61,453 nucleotides of DNA from Lachnospiraceae bacterium. Lineage in GTDB: Bacteria > Bacillota > Clostridia > Lachnospirales > Lachnospiraceae. Positions 48,522 to 57,575 of the stretch are shown one piece after another (position 1 is the first letter of the stretch; every line of letters starts with the position of its first letter). Made by a program: the position numbers and the translations under genes. The stretch is taken from the NCBI GenBank assembly GCA_022781395.1, contig JALETS010000093.1:1-61453 (forward strand). The letters are read 5' to 3'. A model generated the notes under the pieces. That model saw only the letters and a list, made by a program, of their open reading frames with translations. It was not told the DNA's origin and searched no databases.

Positions 48522-49210
48522 ATATCCTCCTTGAGCTTAATGCTGAAATCTATGGTTCTTTTAATAAACTTCCACTTGGACTTTAATCCTGTATTCCATT
48601 TGGATTCTCCATGAATCCTCTCCGGGAAAAGCACCGGGAATCGCATCACCCGCAGCTTTTTCCTACGCGCCATATAAAGTGCATACAGATCTAAGGAAAA
48701 ATCATAGGGCGGATTTTCCCAACTGTCATAGAACACCTTAGGAAAAATATTAGGCTGTGCATTAATGTCATACAATTTCTCATGCAGATAACAGGTCTCA
48801 AAAAAGCTCATACCTGCCGTAAAGAAAACATCAAAAAGCGGTCTTCCTTTCCGGTTCCCTTTCACAAATACCAGGCCGTTCTGCTGTTCGATAATATCTA
48901 ATGCTTTCAAAATATCCGCAGGATCTGTCTGCATATCTGCATGAGTCCAGCCGATATATTCGCCGCTGCATTGCCGCAGCCCCTGCAGGATTCCATAACC
49001 GTATCCCTGGTTTATCTCCACCGGTGTAGTTCTGGCAAATGCATACTTCGGCACAAGCTCTGCCAATACCTGTGCACTGTTATCCGTAGAACCGTTATTG
49101 ACCAGAATAACCTCTATATCATCCCTTTGGATAACCTCATCAAACCGCTTCAGGATCAGCGGAATATTTTCTTCTTCATTATAACAAGGTACAACGATCG
49201 ACAGTTTCAT
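48509..49210 (-). CDS. GT2 glycosyltransferase, Dol-P-Man synthase/GtrB-like
   Basis: 'SIVVPCYNEEENI', 'VNNGSTD', 'NQGYG', 'THADMQTDP', 'RIHGESK'. Confidence 0.9.
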   Translation of the reverse strand: MKLSIVVPCYNEEENIPLILKRFDEVIQRDDIEVILVNNGSTDNSAQVLAELVPKYAFARTTPVEINQGYGYGILQGLRQCSGEYIGWTHADMQTDPADILKALDIIEQQNGLVFVKGNRKGRPLFDVFFTAGMSFFETCYLHEKLYDINAQPNIFPKVFYDSWENPPYDFSLDLYALYMARRKKLRVMRFPVLFPERIHGESKWNTGLKSKWKFIKRTIDFSIKLKEDIWNT

Positions 49211-49255
49211 ATCCTAATCCCATTCTCCTCCCTGCTTACAATCTCTGCTATCTTA

Positions 49256-49942
49256 TCAATTACCGGCATCCTCTGAAATTTCAGACAGAAGGGTCTCTTC
49301 TATCTCCCGGTACTGCTGCCCGGCTGGTTTTTCCGGATGGAACCAGATTGCCTTCATACCACAGGCTTTTGCACCCACTATATCTTTACTGTAGTTGTCA
49401 CCGATATAGCAGACCTCTTCTGCCGGAAGTCCCAATTTCTCCAGACATAATGCAAACATTTCCGATGCCGGTTTCTCTCTGCCTGCTTCCTCACTGGTAA
49501 CGAGACAGAATATGTCATCGCTTAATCCCAGCGCTATGAGCTTACGGTGCTGGATGTGGGCTGTCAGATCGGTACAGACTGCTATCATGATTCCTTTCTC
49601 ACACAGGCTGTCAATCAGACTGCGGGCACCGGGAAATAACTGCATCTTTTCAAGAAAAGTCCCCCAATACATCTCATACATCTGTAAAGATAAAGGCATG
49701 GGTTTCACTTTCATATATTCCAGCGTTTTCTGAAAATATAGGAGCCTGTTATGGGATGCAGCCACGTTACCAAGCTTTCTCTTAGTTTCTGCCCGTCCGA
49801 ACTGATAGGCCTCCTGATATCTGTCTTTTGAAATACCCAACATACGACAGGTAAAGTCCTGTACTCTTTGTCCCGCCTCCTGATCAAGCGGATCGTAGGC
49901 ATATAAAGTATTATCCAGATCAAATACAACTGCTTTTATCAT
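49256..49942 (-). CDS. HAD family phosphatase
   Basis: 'FDLDNTL', 'EKP', 'IGDNYSKDIVGA'. Confidence 0.92.
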   Translation of the reverse strand: MIKAVVFDLDNTLYAYDPLDQEAGQRVQDFTCRMLGISKDRYQEAYQFGRAETKRKLGNVAASHNRLLYFQKTLEYMKVKPMPLSLQMYEMYWGTFLEKMQLFPGARSLIDSLCEKGIMIAVCTDLTAHIQHRKLIALGLSDDIFCLVTSEEAGREKPASEMFALCLEKLGLPAEEVCYIGDNYSKDIVGAKACGMKAIWFHPEKPAGQQYREIEETLLSEISEDAGN

Positions 49943-49962
49943 TTTAGACTATATCCTTCACA

Positions 49963-52074
49963 TTACTCACGTTTCATAATCTCACCAATCACAACCAGAA
50001 GCATCAACTGTACTGCACCATTGATGCCATCTTCCCAGACGATATTTCCACCGGTCAGATCTTCTATCTGGGGAATTACCATACAGGCAATCTCTTCCCA
50101 GGTATCCTTTTCTGCCTTCAGGGATTTTCCCTCTAACAGGATTCTCTGATGCAGAAGATCATCATAAAACAGACTGCTTCGAATACCATGCTCCTGCAAA
50201 AGCGCCAGCATAGGTTCTGCATTGATACTCACATCCATCAGAAATTCCACACTCAGGTTCGCTTCATAATCACTGTCAATCATATCAGGATTCTCAGCTA
50301 ATGCCGGGTCATAATACCGGATTACCAGATCTGCATACTGCCTCTGCGGATGGACATATTTTTCCGCATCTTCACGGCGCCTTCTGATCTGTTCCATAAT
50401 CGCTTCCTTATTATGCCCTCTGTCGCCCTGATCCCTGCCCAGCTTCCAATAACATCTGAGTGATTCATCGGTATCCAGATAGATCTTCATATCCAGTACC
50501 TGCCTCATCTGCGGCAGATACAGAGAATGTAGTCCACACATGACAATATAGGGCTTTGGCGCTACTTTTTTCTTACTGGTAAAGGTTCCTGTATTATGGT
50601 CATAGTCGGCACGTTTCACCGCATTATTACCGCGTAATATCCGAAGATCTTCTGCCTGCCTGTACAGATAATTGGCGCGGGGATTTAAATGGGTCATTTC
50701 ATTCCAGTTGGCATCTCCGCGCTCCCATTTATGATCTCCGTCCCCTTCTATGTTCAGAATATGTTCCCCAGACAACAGTTCTCCCAGCATTACAAGCAGC
50801 CTGCTCTTGCCTGCACCGCTGTCTCCGGCAATACCGATGGTAAAAGGCCGGTTCCTTCTACGGTAATAAGAGTTGCTGTTCACACCATACAAATACATGG
50901 ATAATACCAGAATGAGAAACACACCGATCATTAAGGTAAACACGATATTCCTCAGATCCGGGTTCGCATATTTTATATGCTTTAAAGGTTTGCCAAGGAT
51001 AGACAGATCCGTAAATTCTGTCATATGGAAAAAGACATAATAAACCAGATAAAGCAGATTAAATGCACCATAAACTAACACCATCTTACCCCGGTTCTCA
51101 GTCAGTCCCGCCAGATATAACATAAAGAACGGTACGATCCAGATAAACCACGCAGGCATGGCAGGTACAAAAATAAGAAATACGGAAAACAGAAGTCCCG
51201 TCATACTGATCAACAGATCTCTGTTCATCTGGTTGATACGAAATGCCTGAAAATAAATCAACAGAAGAACCAGAACAGACAATAGTAAATGTGCGCTGCC
51301 ATACTCAAGAAAAACATTACCGATAGCATTCTGCTCCTTATTAAATAACACCATATTGGCAAAACCGCTTCCCCAGAAGGGCAATATGATCGCAGCGGTA
51401 AGAAGAGCCGGCAGTCCGGTCATGATAATTGCCTTGCTACGGCCTTTTTTCTTATAGATATATAAGAAAAATAGTGGAAGGGCAGCCACAATATGAAACT
51501 TGGATGCCAGTGCCAAAGTAAGAAAAATCACAAATTTCCAATCATTTCCCATAATCTTACCCGTTACAATACCGGGCAGAGTCAGATAATAAATTGCCCC
51601 CACCAGAAACACCGTAGGAATAATATCAAGCTGACCATGCATGTAAGATGCATATAACACAATGGGAGATAAGAAATATAACACTAAAATATATTTCCGC
51701 TTTGACTTGGAAATGCGCATCAGATAATATAAGCCCAGCAAATCCATGAAAAGAATCGGCATCTTAAAGATCAGATTCCGGAAGAACACAGGCAGACCTT
51801 CCATAAAAGTGACAAAAACCCCACCGATACATTCTAACAAAAGCATCACCGGCGGATAAGGAAAAGAAGGAAGCAGATTATTATCGTAATAGAACTGATA
51901 GGGATTCTTTCCCTCCAGAAAACAATTCACAAAAGGAATGAACATCAAATCCTGATAATCAGAAGAAAACAGCCCCATTAAGAGTAACTTAAATACAACT
52001 ATCGTAATAATAGCCGTTTTTAAATAGATATGATAATTTTTCTCCAAATCAAGGGAATCTAATTTCTGTAACAT
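49963..52074 (-). CDS. Fusion of GT-C-like multi-TM domain and phosphoribulokinase/uridine-kinase-like P-loop domain
   Basis: N-part 'FPYPP', 'KMPILFMD', 'SYMHGQLD', 'ALASK'; C-part 'IGIAGDSGAGKS', 'GDGDHKWER', 'YDHNTGTF', 'GLHSLY', 'PQRQYAD'. Confidence 0.8.
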   Translation of the reverse strand: MLQKLDSLDLEKNYHIYLKTAIITIVVFKLLLMGLFSSDYQDLMFIPFVNCFLEGKNPYQFYYDNNLLPSFPYPPVMLLLECIGGVFVTFMEGLPVFFRNLIFKMPILFMDLLGLYYLMRISKSKRKYILVLYFLSPIVLYASYMHGQLDIIPTVFLVGAIYYLTLPGIVTGKIMGNDWKFVIFLTLALASKFHIVAALPLFFLYIYKKKGRSKAIIMTGLPALLTAAIILPFWGSGFANMVLFNKEQNAIGNVFLEYGSAHLLLSVLVLLLIYFQAFRINQMNRDLLISMTGLLFSVFLIFVPAMPAWFIWIVPFFMLYLAGLTENRGKMVLVYGAFNLLYLVYYVFFHMTEFTDLSILGKPLKHIKYANPDLRNIVFTLMIGVFLILVLSMYLYGVNSNSYYRRRNRPFTIGIAGDSGAGKSRLLVMLGELLSGEHILNIEGDGDHKWERGDANWNEMTHLNPRANYLYRQAEDLRILRGNNAVKRADYDHNTGTFTSKKKVAPKPYIVMCGLHSLYLPQMRQVLDMKIYLDTDESLRCYWKLGRDQGDRGHNKEAIMEQIRRRREDAEKYVHPQRQYADLVIRYYDPALAENPDMIDSDYEANLSVEFLMDVSINAEPMLALLQEHGIRSSLFYDDLLHQRILLEGKSLKAEKDTWEEIACMVIPQIEDLTGGNIVWEDGINGAVQLMLLVVIGEIMKRE

Positions 52075-52138
52075 GAAGCTTAACCCTTCCCAAGTGTATC
52101 AGCAACATCTTCTGCCAATCTGTCGCTTTATCCTTCTA

Positions 52139-53830
52139 TTACTGTCTTTCTCTCTCCAAAAACTTCTTAAAATATGTATAGGTCTTCTGATAACCTTCGT
52201 AATCAGCCGGAGTTCCCCAGCCTACATACCGGTCTATATCGAAGATCTTTGCTTTATAGCCCAGATCAAGTACATGCTTCACAGTCTGATCCACATAAAA
52301 CTCATTGTTGATCCGGTCATTTTCCGCTATCATTTTTTTCGTTGCTTCTAAGAAAATCTTTGCCTCCCGGAACCAGAAAGTCGCAACCACTGCCGGGTCT
52401 TCCATCGGTGTATCGGAAATGGCCTTCTTAATAGATGTTCCCATAATATTATCGCTATCGTCAGTAATCATCCAACCATAAGCATTGGGATTGGCAAGCA
52501 CCGCCTCATTATGACGGTAGGTGAACACGATACAATCACATTCCCCGGTTAACTGCTCAAAAGCCTCTGTATTGATATCCATACCATTATCACAGCCCGC
52601 AATGAGCAAGGGCTCCTTTGGATCAAGATATTCCTCCGCCAGCATACAGGTACATGCCTGCCCTTCTGTCAGGTGATCTATTGTAATAAACTGTGCCTTG
52701 GGATAATACTGTCTGATGACATCTTCCACCCCGTCTTCCTTATGGAAAGTCCTGTCTACATAAATTACATTGCTGCCGTCTTCTGCCACCCCCGGCAGAT
52801 CCCCTGTGGCACAGACTACCATTGGCTTTTCTTCCCCCGTAAAACGGTCAATGGTCATGATTGCCGGTTTATGTACCTGATAACCCGCATCCGCAAAACG
52901 ATGTCCTGCTCCCGCCATGGGAATCAGAATACTGCCGCCGGCATGCTTCTGATCGCTTTCCTGACTGCGCCCTTTTTGCTCTTCAATCTTCTCTGTACCG
53001 GAAACATTTTTCCCCTGCTCGGTACGACAGATTCTGTCTGTCCAGTAAACAAACTCCTTCATGTCCTCCGGTGTTCCCCACTGACAGAAATACTCTACAT
53101 TTGTGGGAACCCATACCTTCAGACCATCCTTTACCATAAAATTATAAGGAAGGCTGGCATAGAATTCTCCATTAATTGTACACTCCTCATGCTCTGTCAG
53201 AATCTGACAATATTTTTCCATTATATCTCCGTTTTTGAAGTAATATACACCCGGAGAATGTTTTGCCTTCGTCTTATCCTTTTCAAAAGAATATTTTTCC
53301 CTGATCTCAATCAGATTGTCTTCTGCATCTGTCAGGCAGGAGGCATAGTAATTCTTTTCCGGCAGAAGATTAGGATGAAATCCCGTATAACAGGGTACAC
53401 TTCCATCACAATTTCTCTCCTGCGCCTCTTTCATAAAAGCCTGAAAATCCCATGTCATATAGAAATCACAGTAATTAATGATACATGGCTCTGAAATGTC
53501 AATGGCATCTGTATTTTTCAACTCCCGATAGGCTCTGAGCACATCATAAACAGGCCCCTTCTTAACCCAGTCTTCTATTGATACGATTGTCGACTCCGGC
53601 GCCAGTGCAGTCAGCCTCTCCCGCATGGAAGGGTCTTTTGCAAGATGTTCTCCCCTGCATACAAAGATAAAATTAACATCTGCCGGATACATTCTTGTAA
53701 CAATCCACTCCACAATAGGAATACCCATCACCGGAATAAAAGGTTTCAATTCTTTGTATCCTGCTGCCACAAAACGGGAACCGTATCCCGTCATCGGAAT
53801 TATAACATCCATAATATTTTTACCTCTCAT
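52139..53830 (-). CDS. Tandem double nucleotidyltransferase (two BcbE-like domains)
   Basis: 'IIPMTGYGSRFVAAGY..KP' and 'LIPMAGAGHRFADAGY..KP'; each half has 'YCD/GCD', 'INxEFY', 'WGTP.D'. Confidence 0.85.
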   Translation of the reverse strand: MRGKNIMDVIIPMTGYGSRFVAAGYKELKPFIPVMGIPIVEWIVTRMYPADVNFIFVCRGEHLAKDPSMRERLTALAPESTIVSIEDWVKKGPVYDVLRAYRELKNTDAIDISEPCIINYCDFYMTWDFQAFMKEAQERNCDGSVPCYTGFHPNLLPEKNYYASCLTDAEDNLIEIREKYSFEKDKTKAKHSPGVYYFKNGDIMEKYCQILTEHEECTINGEFYASLPYNFMVKDGLKVWVPTNVEYFCQWGTPEDMKEFVYWTDRICRTEQGKNVSGTEKIEEQKGRSQESDQKHAGGSILIPMAGAGHRFADAGYQVHKPAIMTIDRFTGEEKPMVVCATGDLPGVAEDGSNVIYVDRTFHKEDGVEDVIRQYYPKAQFITIDHLTEGQACTCMLAEEYLDPKEPLLIAGCDNGMDINTEAFEQLTGECDCIVFTYRHNEAVLANPNAYGWMITDDSDNIMGTSIKKAISDTPMEDPAVVATFWFREAKIFLEATKKMIAENDRINNEFYVDQTVKHVLDLGYKAKIFDIDRYVGWGTPADYEGYQKTYTYFKKFLERERQ

Positions 53831-54894
53831 TTCAGCCTGCGATACTTCTCAGAATCCCAGTTAAGCAGCTCCTCCATCTGCGCATCACTCAGATAATTCA
53901 TACCCTGCTCTGCATTTGCCATCTGAACCTGTGCACTGAAACTCATCACATTCTCTATTTCCTGCGCTTTCCTCACGCTCTCTGCCACAATATAGATATT
54001 CCTGCGATAACAGATCAGCGTAGGCATACCATATTTCTCCATAAAAGAAACAATATCACCTCTGCTGAAATCATCTGACAAATACAGCATTTTCTTTGCC
54101 CCATAGACTACACAGTCCGGACAGAATGCATGATCCCATGCATTTTTCTTAAGAAGTGCTTCTCCAATATACTCCCATGTAAGATATCTGTTCTCCGAGG
54201 CATATACTATCTTATTCTCTAACTCAGGAATTCTTGTCAGCATATCCCATATCCTGGTGGCAGATTCATGCACTTTATTCTTGATACCTAAATACTTTGC
54301 AATACTATGTAATACTTCCTCTGTTTTGGCAATCACCTGATCTGCGTCTTCTCCGCTGACTACCAGTCCGTGATTCTCCAGAAAAATAATTTCACTGCTT
54401 TTACCTGCCTCCACATGTTTGCGGTAAATTCTGTAATAGGTCTCTGCCAACGCAGCACCCGGCTTTCTGTAAGGTACAATAACAGCCTCAGGAAATAGTT
54501 TTTTCAAAACATCCATACCACCTGGTCTGGCTGTCAGAATATTGACCAGAGTCGGATGAGAATGTAACGTATACTTGCCTGTTACGGAGTGCAGAAAGGT
54601 TTCGATGGAAGCCCGCTCCCCTTCAATCTGCGCTTGGGCAAGCAATTCCTTTCCCTTTTCTTCTGACAATACATCTTCCGTATCTTCTGTCATATTTTTC
54701 TCAAAATACGTTACAATCTTACGGTAATCTACCTTAGAATAGCCCGTATTCTCACTCACATCTGCAAGCTGGCAGCCGGAGCTTTTAACTAACATTACCT
54801 TATTATCCGGCTTTACAGAAGTATTACCGCCTCCGGCCTGTGCCAGATCGTTACGCATTCCCGCATATTTTGATATTTTAATAAATCCCTGCAT
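53827..54894 (-). CDS. Class II aldolase/adducin family protein
   Basis: 'GGGNTSVK', 'KSSG', 'SIETFLH', 'LHSHP', 'LENHGL', 'WDSEKYR'. Confidence 0.88.
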   Translation of the reverse strand: MQGFIKISKYAGMRNDLAQAGGGNTSVKPDNKVMLVKSSGCQLADVSENTGYSKVDYRKIVTYFEKNMTEDTEDVLSEEKGKELLAQAQIEGERASIETFLHSVTGKYTLHSHPTLVNILTARPGGMDVLKKLFPEAVIVPYRKPGAALAETYYRIYRKHVEAGKSSEIIFLENHGLVVSGEDADQVIAKTEEVLHSIAKYLGIKNKVHESATRIWDMLTRIPELENKIVYASENRYLTWEYIGEALLKKNAWDHAFCPDCVVYGAKKMLYLSDDFSRGDIVSFMEKYGMPTLICYRRNIYIVAESVRKAQEIENVMSFSAQVQMANAEQGMNYLSDAQMEELLNWDSEKYRRLK

Positions 54895-55057
54895 ATGAAA
54901 ACCATGCCCTTCTCTTTGACTGCTTTGTGTATAGTATAAAAAAGATCATCAAACTATACTTATCGCATTTTATTCTATAAAAACACTTTTATTTTACCAT
55001 AATCTACATAGGAATGTATATCGAAAATAATTTGCCGTCTGCGGACCCTTACATCAA

Positions 55058-55702
55058 CTATTCCAAAATCGCTTTTTCCAGAACATAAATGGCTCTTTCA
55101 TTTTCTTCCAGACAATAGTTAATAATTGCGTCCTTCCCCTGATCGGCTACAGCGGTAGTGTCAGCTCCTAACTGGACAAAACACACATAATCGTCTATGG
55201 TTTCCATACGGGATGCCTCTGCCTTACCCAGATTTTGAGGATAATCCTGATTTTCTTCTATGATCCGATTACGATAATCTTCCAATGCTTTTTCTACCGC
55301 TCCCACATAGGCCTCTTTGGCATGAACAATAATCATGGTATCAATATGGGAATCCTGTACCTGTTTCTGTGCCAGAAAGTCTACATACATATCCTCCGTA
55401 ATGCCGGTAATCTGCGCCAGTTCTTCTTTGGACAGATCTACTTCCGGCCAGTATCTGTCTCCCAATAACTCTTTTACATCCCCTTTCAGATCATTCAACG
55501 TGGGAAAGACCTTTCGTCCCTGGGTATTTTTACTGCCAAAGGGAAAATTACTTGCCTGCATATCATCTGAGGCCTGCTGCATTTCAAACGCCTGTCCGTT
55601 TTCCACCAGTTCATCCTCCGGAAGACTGTCACCGCATCCGCTAAGTAAAAGCATTCCTGATATCATAACTGTTACAATTATTTTTCTCATTTTAGTTACC
55701 AT
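55058..55702 (-). CDS. DUF4358-like lipoprotein
   Basis: Lipobox 'LLLSGC'; 'YPQNLGKAEA' motif; divergent from the MBOAT gene. Confidence 0.7.
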   Translation of the reverse strand: MVTKMRKIIVTVMISGMLLLSGCGDSLPEDELVENGQAFEMQQASDDMQASNFPFGSKNTQGRKVFPTLNDLKGDVKELLGDRYWPEVDLSKEELAQITGITEDMYVDFLAQKQVQDSHIDTMIIVHAKEAYVGAVEKALEDYRNRIIEENQDYPQNLGKAEASRMETIDDYVCFVQLGADTTAVADQGKDAIINYCLEENERAIYVLEKAILE

Positions 55703-55753
55703 GCCTTTCTCTCAGCCTGCAAACTTTGGGCCGCAGGCACAAATTATTGCGTA

Positions 55754-55802
55754 ACACGAACAAGTTCGTGTGAAAAATCTTTCGCATATGGATTTTTCAC
55801 AC
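55754..55802. repeat. Overlapping inverted repeats in the divergent intergenic region
   Basis: ACACGAAC-AA-GTTCGTGT and GTGTGAAAAATC..GATTTTTCACAC. Confidence 0.6.
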
Positions 55803-55999
55803 TGTTTCTGTTTTTATTTTTTGATAGAATCTGATAAAACCTGTACATAATAGTTACTGTTCTGAAGCAATTTACCGCGAGGTATTTTGCTTGTAAGCTC
55901 TGATTGTATTTGGTATACTAAACACTGAACTTATTCGTTGTTATGTAGTTTTTACCTTTGTTTGAAAAATATGTATGCAGGAAGGAATTCCGGTATTTT

Positions 56000-57511
56000 A
56001 TGTTATTCAATTCGTATATTTTCATTTTTATATTCCTGCCTTTGGTACTCATAGGCTGGTATGGATTTAATCACTACAAGAAACATCAGCTGGCTGATCT
56101 GTTCTTAGCCGGTATGTCCTTGTGGTTTTATGGCTATTTTAACGTTTACTATCTGGCTATCATTCTGGTCAGCATTGCTCTTAACTACCTGTTAAGCTAT
56201 CTGTTGACCAAAATTCCTCAAAACTCTGTCCATCAAAAAATATGGAATCGCGCAGGCTTAATAGCAGGTCTTACATTGAACCTTGGTATTTTGTTCTATT
56301 TCAAGTATTATGACTTCTTTATAGAGAATGTAAATGCCGTATTCCATGCGGACTTTGCCTTAAAGCATATCCTGCTGCCCCTGGGTATCAGCTTCTTTAC
56401 CTTCCAGCAGCTATCCTTTATCATTGACCGCTGTCTGGGAAGGGCAGAGCATTACCCTTTCCTGAATTACGTGACTTTTGTTACCTTTTTTCCACAGCTG
56501 ATTGCGGGACCGATCGTTCTGTATGATGAACTGATTCCACAATTTCAGGATATCTCCAAACGAAAATTTAACAGTGCCTCTTTTGCCAGAGGCATCTATC
56601 TGTTTGTACTTGGACTGGCCAAAAAAGTACTCTTAGCAGATACCTTCGGACTTATGGCCAATTACGGCTTCGCTCAGACCTTTTCACTGGATACCATATC
56701 TACGATCGTGGTGGTTCTGTCTTATACATTCGAGTTATATTTTGATTTTAGCGGCTATTCCGACATGGCAATAGGCTTAGGGCAGATGTTTAATATCAAG
56801 CTTCCCATCAATTTCAATTCTCCTTATCGTTCCTGCAGCATCAAGGAGTTTTGGCAGAGATGGCATATTACATTGTCCCGTTTTTTCATTACCTACGTCT
56901 ATATTCCTTTAGGCGGCAGCAGAAAAGGCAAGGTAAGAATGTTGATCAATACCTTTGTCATTTTTCTCTTAAGCGGTCTATGGCACGGTGCCGCCTGGAC
57001 CTATATTATATGGGGTGTGATACACGGTATTCTGGTCGTGTGGGATAATCTTGGCATTGTCGGCATTAAGGGGCGGGAAGAAAAAAGACCCTCCAGATTC
57101 CATATCCCTGCATGGCTGGGCTGGATCTTTACCTTCACTTTATTCAATCTCTCCCTGTTTTTCTTCCGAAGCGAAAGTATCTTGGGCGCGGTACAGCTCT
57201 TTAAAAACCTGTTTGCAGCAAACTGGACAGGAAAGCTCTATGAAGTAGCTGCGCAGCTTGATATTTCGGAAATCTATGTCATCAGACAGGCACTGGATAT
57301 CATTACTCCTTCCCTGGTATCCTATGTATATCTGATTTTCATGGTCCTGTTGTTTGCACTGGCATTTTTCCTGATCTTCAGACCGAATGCTTATGAACGA
57401 GCCGAAAACGGAGAACTGACTTCCGCTAAATGCTGGATTGCCTGTATTTTATTTGTATGGTGTGTGATTTCCCTGTCACAGGTGAGCACCTTTTTGTACT
57501 TCAACTTCTAG
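56000..57511 (+). CDS. MBOAT O-acyltransferase (AlgI/DltB-like)
   Basis: 'MLFNS', 'LPLGISFFTFQQ', 'FFPQLIAGPI', 'YFDFSGYSDMA', 'FWQRWHITLS', 'SGLWHGA', 'FLYFNF'. Confidence 0.93.
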   Translation: MLFNSYIFIFIFLPLVLIGWYGFNHYKKHQLADLFLAGMSLWFYGYFNVYYLAIILVSIALNYLLSYLLTKIPQNSVHQKIWNRAGLIAGLTLNLGILFYFKYYDFFIENVNAVFHADFALKHILLPLGISFFTFQQLSFIIDRCLGRAEHYPFLNYVTFVTFFPQLIAGPIVLYDELIPQFQDISKRKFNSASFARGIYLFVLGLAKKVLLADTFGLMANYGFAQTFSLDTISTIVVVLSYTFELYFDFSGYSDMAIGLGQMFNIKLPINFNSPYRSCSIKEFWQRWHITLSRFFITYVYIPLGGSRKGKVRMLINTFVIFLLSGLWHGAAWTYIIWGVIHGILVVWDNLGIVGIKGREEKRPSRFHIPAWLGWIFTFTLFNLSLFFFRSESILGAVQLFKNLFAANWTGKLYEVAAQLDISEIYVIRQALDIITPSLVSYVYLIFMVLLFALAFFLIFRPNAYERAENGELTSAKCWIACILFVWCVISLSQVSTFLYFNF

Positions 57512-57575
57512 AACAGAAATATTGATATTTTTTAATCTATATTTTGCAAGTTATTTAGAGGACACAGTTTACATT

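Noticed and set aside
53827-54894. Class II aldolase as part of MTA salvage together with mtaD/ahcY
   Set aside because: It overlaps the nucleotidyltransferase gene and heads the glycosylation operon 17 kb from mtaD
55757-55768. LexA/DinR SOS box
   Set aside because: CGAAC-AA-GTTCG has a 2-nt spacer; the Firmicute box needs 4
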